A stretch of DNA of 64,000 nucleotides from an uncultured Actinomycetes bacterium (GTDB lineage: Bacteria; Actinomycetota; Thermoleophilia; RBG-16-64-13): NCBI GenBank assembly GCA_963713545.1, contig CAVQME010000003.1, forward strand, positions 6,446-70,445. Direction: 5' to 3'. Each line of letters opens with the position of its first letter. The first letter of the stretch is position 1. The notes below the pieces were generated by a model. The model was given only the letters and a program-made list of their open reading frames with translations. It searched no databases and was not told where the DNA came from. This document shows positions 58,388 through 64,000 of the stretch, one piece after another. A program made the translations under genes and the position numbers.

Positions 58388-59206
58388 ATGGCGCTCTTGC
58401 GTCGTTGTTTGTTGAGCACGATAGGGGTGGTGATGATGATCTTTGGGATAGGTGCGGCGTTGGGCGGCCTCTTCGGGGGCTGTGGCAGTAGTCCGACGGC
58501 GACGGGATCGGAGAGCGTCGCCTCGGGGAAGCTACCGCTCCTGGATCAGGAGGTGCCGGGCTCCCTCCAGACGGCCTCGTTCGCCCTCGGCTGATTCTGG
58601 GGCGCTGAGGCCCAGTTTGGGTGCCTCGACGGAGTCATAAGGACGCGGGTCGGTTACACGGGGGGAACGAAAGACAACCCCACCTACTACAGTCTGGGAG
58701 ATCACACGGAGACCGTGCAACTCGATTTCGACCCCTCTCAGGTGAGCTACGAGCAGCTGGTAGAGACGTTCTTCGCCAGCCACGACGCCTCCCGTGCTTC
58801 GTACAAGGTCCAGTACATGTCGGCGATCTTCTTCCACGATCCAGAGCAGGAACGGATCGCGCGAGAGGTCAAGGCCCGCCTGGAGAAGCAGAGCGGACGG
58901 ACGCTCCAGACCAAGATCGTGGCGGCCTCCACGTTCTACCTGGCTGAGGACTACCACCAGAAATACGCGCTGCAGGGTGACAGGCGGCTATCCGGCGAGT
59001 TCCGGCAGATGTATCCGGACATCTGGGCGATGGTCGATTCGACGGCTGCAACCCGGGTCAACGCCTATCTGTACGGATACGGTTCGGCCGACCAGTTGCG
59101 AGCCGAAGCGGACCGCCTGGGGCTTTCAGCGGAGGGCACGACTCGCCTGCTGGAAACGGCCGGCAGGCTGACGCCGGTGGCCTGTCCGCTGCCGGTCGCG
59201 AACTAA
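58388..59206 (+). CDS. msrA: Selenocysteine-containing peptide methionine sulfoxide reductase A, lipoprotein
   Basis: ORFs 58388-58594 and 58715-59206 are in one frame. TGA at 58592-58594 replaces Cys of GCFWG (GUFWG), followed by RVGYTGG, PTY, DHTE, FYLAEDYHQKY; lipobox-like FGG-C. Confidence 0.9.
58607..58627 (+). promoter_or_regulatory. Candidate bacterial SECIS element
   Basis: GAGG-CCCA-gtt-TGGG-tg-CCTC hairpin; apical loop starts with G 21 nt after the UGA. Confidence 0.6.
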
Positions 59207-60372
59207 GCCTGTTTACGGTCCACTGAGCCGGGATTGCTGAGTCTGGGCCTGAGGGAAAGCTGGTACATCCGGCGAAGGGTAGCCTTCCGGGAAGGGTAGA
59301 GCAGCGCTTTGACGTCGGCCGGCAGATCGACCGGGAGCGGGGGCGGTGCTTCGCTTGGCGAGCGGCGCGGTGCGCCGGCTTCGCCGGCCGCCGCGGCTTC
59401 ACGCGCCTTGCCAACGCGTGAAGCTCCGCCTCCGCCGCGCTCCGCCGGACGCGCCAGGACCCAGAGGACCTCCAGTGCGGCGCCACCGTACGTCGCGACC
59501 TGCTGCATGCTCTCCAGGATCTCGAATCCGTTGTCGAGGAACAGACGGGCCAGGGACGCCCGGGTGAAGAAGTTGATGTGCGTGACCGGATCCGCCTCCA
59601 GTTTCAGACCCGCCCATATCTCTCCGGGTACCTCCACGTAGAGGAGTCCCGAGGGACCGAGGAGGGTGCGGAAGAAGGCCACGAGGCCGCCGAGGTCGCT
59701 CACGTGCTCGAGGACGTGGCTGCAGAGGATGAGGTCGAACACCTCATCTCCGCTGAACTGGCTCATGTCATCGCAGATCTTGGTCACGCCGGGGATCGGG
59801 GTGTCGTTGTAATCCACGAGGTAGCAGGAGTGCCCGTCGGCCACCAACGGTTGCAGCAGCTTGCCGTTCCCACCGCCATAGTCGAGCACCCTGAGCGTGC
59901 CATCGGTGCGTAGACGAGGCGCGCACCTTTCGTAGACGCGGGTCGCCCTCAAGAGATCAGAGCGCAAGGCGCGAGGGTCGTAGCCGGTCTGCCCTCCGAT
60001 ATCGGGCTCCATCTCCTTGAGATAGGCGTATTTGGCGGCGACATCCTGCTCGGTGGGCCGGGGTGAGTAAGCCATGAAGCCGCATTCCCTGCAGCAGACG
60101 GACGTCAGGGTGACCGTGTCTGCGCCCTGGAACCACACGTCGAAGAGGACCTTTCTCCGCAAGTACTGATAGCGGCCGACCCTGCGACTGGTGACCGGCT
60201 TTCTTCTGGGCCGGGCGAGCAGGAGGGTGTAGCCAGTCCTCTTCATCCTGCGCCAGAGAACGGCGACGGGGAACACTCTTCCTCCGAGGCGGTCGGTGCG
60301 ACGGTAGATGAAGGTCTCCACGGGGGACCATTCTTGACTTCCGCATGTGGCGCACGCAAAGTTGTCGAGCAT
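59203..60372 (-). CDS. Class I SAM-dependent methyltransferase with N-terminal Zn-ribbon cysteines
   Basis: CATC...CREC, VLDYGGGNG, FDLILCSHVLEH, YVEVP, HINFF. Confidence 0.88.
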   Translation of the reverse strand: MLDNFACATCGSQEWSPVETFIYRRTDRLGGRVFPVAVLWRRMKRTGYTLLLARPRRKPVTSRRVGRYQYLRRKVLFDVWFQGADTVTLTSVCCRECGFMAYSPRPTEQDVAAKYAYLKEMEPDIGGQTGYDPRALRSDLLRATRVYERCAPRLRTDGTLRVLDYGGGNGKLLQPLVADGHSCYLVDYNDTPIPGVTKICDDMSQFSGDEVFDLILCSHVLEHVSDLGGLVAFFRTLLGPSGLLYVEVPGEIWAGLKLEADPVTHINFFTRASLARLFLDNGFEILESMQQVATYGGAALEVLWVLARPAERGGGGASRVGKAREAAAAGEAGAPRRSPSEAPPPLPVDLPADVKALLYPSRKATLRRMYQLSLRPRLSNPGSVDRKQA

Positions 60373-60428
60373 TTGTGTGGCCGCCCGGTCTATACTCGAT
60401 ACGGCGTGGATACGGACGGGAGCTTCTC

Positions 60429-61892
60429 ATGTGGCGACACAGATTTCCAGGTCTCGTGCTCGGCTTGGCCTTGTTGGGCGCGGTCGTTCTGGCCTCCGGC
60501 GGAGTCGTAGGCATAGAGCCGGCGCTCGCCGCAGCCGACGATGACATCCCCGGGGTGCCGCTGGCGGCGGGAGCGACCGTCACAGAGACCGTGGGGGCAG
60601 GGGACGTCGCGGATGTCTACGCCGTGGCCCTGAGCGAGGGCGAAGAGGTCCATCTCCGCTGCGATCCGGGCAAGAGCGGCAACGCGCAGGGTATCGTCCA
60701 TCTGCTCGTTCCGGGAGCGGCGTCGGTGCACGACCCGATAGGTTACGACGAGGTGGCCTACAACCTCATCGCGGGGACCCCGACCCGTCATTGGGCCGAT
60801 TTCGACTACGTTCCCGCCCGTTCCGGCACCTACTTCTTGTGGGTGGAGTGGACGGCCGGTGCCCTGACCTACGACCTGTCTGCGACGCGCACCTCTCGTC
60901 CGCCGCTCGATCTGGTCGCCGATGCCGACGACATCCCGGGGACCGCAGTCGATTCCGGGATTCTCGAAGGGGTCGTGTCCGCGCTGGCAGACCCGGACGA
61001 CGTCTACGCCGTTGCTCTCACGGCCGGCAAGCCGGTGACACTTCAGCTCCTACCTCTCACCCCGTACGCCAATACGATCTCGACTCTTGCCTACATCACG
61101 CTGCTCGATACGGGCACGGTCACTCTCGCCGACACCAGTGGTCGCATGTTGATCGGGCCGGTCCAGGCCAAGAACAGCAAAGAAGCCTACTCCCGGCAGA
61201 TCGCCGAGATCCGGTACATGCCCGCGAGGACCGGCACCTACTTCATCCGGGTGACGGCAGGCAGTATCCCCTACGGAAGCAACTTCGCCTATCGGCTGCG
61301 CATACTGGGGGATGGCGGCTCTGTGGAGCCTCCGGACTTCTCGGATGTTGCCGGGTCTCCCCACGCTTCGGCCATCTACGAGCTGGCCGCTCGGGGTATC
61401 GTGTCCGGCTACCCGGATGGCACCTTCCGTCCGGGTGACCCTGTCAGCCGCCAGCAGTTCGCCAAGATGATCGTGAAGACGCTGGGGCTGAACGTCAGCG
61501 GCAGCGAGGTCTGTCCGTTCCCGGATGTCGTCGGCGGGATCGACCCCTCCGACCCGTTCTATCCCGACAAGTATGTGGCGGTCTGCGCCGCTTACGGGAT
61601 CACTCAGGGTTTTGCCGACGGGACCTTCGGCCCCTACGACCGCATCTTGCGCCAGCAACTGATAAGCATGGCGGTGCGGGCCGCGGCTCTGCCGGGCCCG
61701 CCCACCGGCTACGCGCCCGTCTTCCTTCCGGGGCAGTTCTATCCGGAAGAGCACTACCTTAACGCCTGCAAGGCCGCCTACGTCGGACTCCTGGACGGGC
61801 TGCCGGGATTGGGCCTCGCCTACGACTTCTACACCCCGTCCACTCGTGGTGAATGCGCTCAGGTCTTGTACAACTTGCTGGAAAGGCAGTAG
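60429..61892 (+). CDS. Secreted protein with two PPC-like domains + C-terminal SLH domains
   Basis: Signal peptide; duplicated DDIPG...DVYAVAL...Y.PAR.GTYF; FSDVAGSP, RQQFAKM, TRGECAQ. Confidence 0.82.
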   Translation: MWRHRFPGLVLGLALLGAVVLASGGVVGIEPALAAADDDIPGVPLAAGATVTETVGAGDVADVYAVALSEGEEVHLRCDPGKSGNAQGIVHLLVPGAASVHDPIGYDEVAYNLIAGTPTRHWADFDYVPARSGTYFLWVEWTAGALTYDLSATRTSRPPLDLVADADDIPGTAVDSGILEGVVSALADPDDVYAVALTAGKPVTLQLLPLTPYANTISTLAYITLLDTGTVTLADTSGRMLIGPVQAKNSKEAYSRQIAEIRYMPARTGTYFIRVTAGSIPYGSNFAYRLRILGDGGSVEPPDFSDVAGSPHASAIYELAARGIVSGYPDGTFRPGDPVSRQQFAKMIVKTLGLNVSGSEVCPFPDVVGGIDPSDPFYPDKYVAVCAAYGITQGFADGTFGPYDRILRQQLISMAVRAAALPGPPTGYAPVFLPGQFYPEEHYLNACKAAYVGLLDGLPGLGLAYDFYTPSTRGECAQVLYNLLERQ

Positions 61893-61954
61893 CCGGACGG
61901 GTCACATCTGCCGGCCCGATCTCTGCGATTGAAACCAAAGGAACGGAGCGTTCG

Positions 61955-63232
61955 ATGACCTTTGAGACCGTGTTCACCATGGATTCCGCGAGCATCAAGT
62001 TCGGGGCGGGATCCACCCGCGAAGTCGGCTTCGATATGAAGGAGTTGGGCGTACACCGGGTGATGCTGGTGACCGACCCCAACCTGGTGGGCTCGGAACC
62101 GGTCGCTATCGCTCTGGAGGCCCTGCGCGCCGAAGGGATCGATACCGTTCTGTTCGACCACGTACGCGTCGAGCCCAACGACGTGTCGTTCAAAGAAGCC
62201 ATCGCCTTCGCCACCGAAGGCCGGTTCGACGGGTACCTGGCCGTAGGGGGCGGTTCCACCATGGATACCGCCAAAGCGGCCAACCTCTACGCCACCTATC
62301 CTGCGGGCTTCCTCGAATACGTGAACGCTCCCATCGGGAGGGCGACGCCCGTGCCCGGTCCGTTGAAGCCGATGGTCGCCATCCCCACGACGGCCGGCAC
62401 CGGCAGCGAGACCACCGGTGTCGCCATCTTCGACTACTCCGAGATGCACGCCAAGACCGGCATCGCCCATCGCGCGCTGCGGCCCCGTCTGGGGATCGTG
62501 GACCCGAACAACACCCGCACTCTCCCCAAGATGGCGGTCGCCTGCACAGCTCTGGACGTATTCAGCCACGCGCTGGAGTCGTTCACCGCGCTGCCGTTCG
62601 ACCGGCGAGAAGCCCCGGAGACCCCGCGCGTGCGGCCGGCCTACCAGGGCGCCAACCCCATCAGCGGCATCTGGGCGGCCAAGGCGGCCGAGATCGGTTC
62701 AAAATACATGATGCGGGCCATGGCAGACCCGGATGATGACGAAGCGCGCACTCAGATGATCCTTGCTTCGACGATAGCCGGCATCGGTTTCGGATCGGCT
62801 GGCGTCACGCTTCCCCACGGGATGTCGTACCCCATCGCCGGGATGGTGCGCGACTACCGGCCGGAGGGCTATCCGCAGGATCATGCTCTCATCCCCCACG
62901 GCATGGCTGTCATCCTGGGTGCTCCCGCCGCGTTCCGATTCATGGGCCCTGGCAATCCGCAGATGTTTCTCCGAGCGGCCGAGTTGATCGGTGTCGACGC
63001 GTCCGATGCTGGGCCGGATGACGCGGGCGAGATCCTTGCCCTGGCTGTCGTCGACGTCATGAAGAAGGCGGGTATCCCCAACGGGCTGCGGGCTGTCGGT
63101 TACACCCCGGACGACGTGGACGCGCTGGTAGAAGGGGTGCTGCCGCAGCAACGGGTCACGAAGCTCTCGCCTCGACCGGCGACCGCCGCCGACTTCCGCC
63201 AGTTGTTCCTCGACTCGATGACCATCTGGTAG
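61955..63232 (+). CDS. Hydroxyacid-oxoacid transhydrogenase (Fe-ADH family, ADHFE1-like)
   Basis: GGGSTMDTAKAANL, YVNAPIG, PTTAGTGSETT, KTGIAH, RPAYQGANP, HGMSYP, PHG. Confidence 0.9.
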   Translation: MTFETVFTMDSASIKFGAGSTREVGFDMKELGVHRVMLVTDPNLVGSEPVAIALEALRAEGIDTVLFDHVRVEPNDVSFKEAIAFATEGRFDGYLAVGGGSTMDTAKAANLYATYPAGFLEYVNAPIGRATPVPGPLKPMVAIPTTAGTGSETTGVAIFDYSEMHAKTGIAHRALRPRLGIVDPNNTRTLPKMAVACTALDVFSHALESFTALPFDRREAPETPRVRPAYQGANPISGIWAAKAAEIGSKYMMRAMADPDDDEARTQMILASTIAGIGFGSAGVTLPHGMSYPIAGMVRDYRPEGYPQDHALIPHGMAVILGAPAAFRFMGPGNPQMFLRAAELIGVDASDAGPDDAGEILALAVVDVMKKAGIPNGLRAVGYTPDDVDALVEGVLPQQRVTKLSPRPATAADFRQLFLDSMTIW

Positions 63233-63291
63233 CCAAACCCAGACTCCGGGACCGAGCCATCCGGGATACCCCGATAGTCTCCGCGTCGCGC

Positions 63292-64000
63292 ATGGCCGCC
63301 GCTCTGGCGGTGCTCGGCGTCGTCCTGGTCGCATTCAATCAGCGACCGGCCGTGGCGAGCGTCCCTCCGGTGCTCGGGGATTTGGGTCTCGGCCTTACGG
63401 CGCAGTCTCTTCTGGTGACCATACCGGTGCTCTGTTTCGGGTTGGGCGCGCTTGCCGGACCGAGAGTCCGTAGGGCCCTGGGCGAGGAGTGGGCGATCTT
63501 CGTCATCGTGGCTGTCCTGGCAGCCGCGATCCTCGTGCGGGCCGTCTTCCTGGGCTGGGTCCTCTTCCCTAGCACGGTCGTCATCGGGCTGGCGATCGCC
63601 CTGCTCAACGTTCTCATGCCCAGCTTCATCAAGCGCCGCTTCCCGGAACGACCAGGCGCGATGACGTCCGCATATGTGGCCTCGGCCACTCTGGGACCTG
63701 CGCTCGCGGCAGGGCTCACTGTCCCTATCTACAGCGCCGCCGGCGACTCGGTGAGTATCGCGCTGGGCGTGTGGGCTCTACCCGCACTGGCGGCCTTGGT
63801 GGCGTGGGTGCCTCAGGTGCGGGAAGCGAGGGCGATCTCGGTGGGCAGAGTCGGCCGCGGCGGCGCTGGCGTTCTTGACGGTGGGCCTGGCGCCGAAGAG
63901 ACGTCCGGCGGCTCGGGAGTCCGCATATGGCGGGTGCCGCTCGCCTGGCAGGTGATGGTATACATGGGGATCGGTTCTCTCGTCTTCTACGGACCGCTGT
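63292..64000 (+). CDS. MFS transporter, CynX/cyanate-permease-like (partial, runs off window)
   Basis: Open frame: VLVAFNQRPAVASVPP, LVTIPVLCFG, NVLMPSFIKRRFP, PLAWQV. Confidence 0.85.
   Translation, partial: MAAALAVLGVVLVAFNQRPAVASVPPVLGDLGLGLTAQSLLVTIPVLCFGLGALAGPRVRRALGEEWAIFVIVAVLAAAILVRAVFLGWVLFPSTVVIGLAIALLNVLMPSFIKRRFPERPGAMTSAYVASATLGPALAAGLTVPIYSAAGDSVSIALGVWALPALAALVAWVPQVREARAISVGRVGRGGAGVLDGGPGAEETSGGSGVRIWRVPLAWQVMVYMGIGSLVFYGPL

Overview
GC-rich bacterial chromosomal segment, densely coding, with about 60 CDSs. I saw no rRNA, tRNA, CRISPR array or transposase. Gene content (UPF0182, DUF4129/MoxR/DUF58 cluster, three SLH-domain proteins, Thr-rich tails, anaerobic Mo/Fe-S enzymes) suggests an anaerobic Actinomycetota such as Thermoleophilia; this is inference. 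Recognisable loci are typA, a type IV pilin behind a sigma-28-type promoter, a pyrogallol-transhydroxylase-like Mo enzyme pair, a stand-alone GMP-synthase ATPPase subunit, a complete kdpFABCDE operon with an extra upstream micropeptide, a DmpA/APC/TetR unit and a hydroxyacid-oxoacid transhydrogenase. The best candidate for an undescribed system is a tightly coupled 9-gene operon at 23778-27493: HdrA-N-terminal-like Fe-S protein, ferredoxin, DGC-GcvH (lipoyl carrier) fusion, two more DGC proteins, an As(III)-type ArsR and three thioredoxin-fold proteins, with no efflux pump. Other signals are a lipoprotein MsrA with an in-frame UGA at the catalytic site plus a SECIS-like hairpin (selenoprotein, split by the ORF track), a leader-peptide/hairpin 5' UTR at 31.65-31.94 kb, a 1-nt frameshift in the SLH-amidohydrolase and a 5'-truncated radical SAM gene. 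All family calls come from motif recognition by eye; no database search was run.
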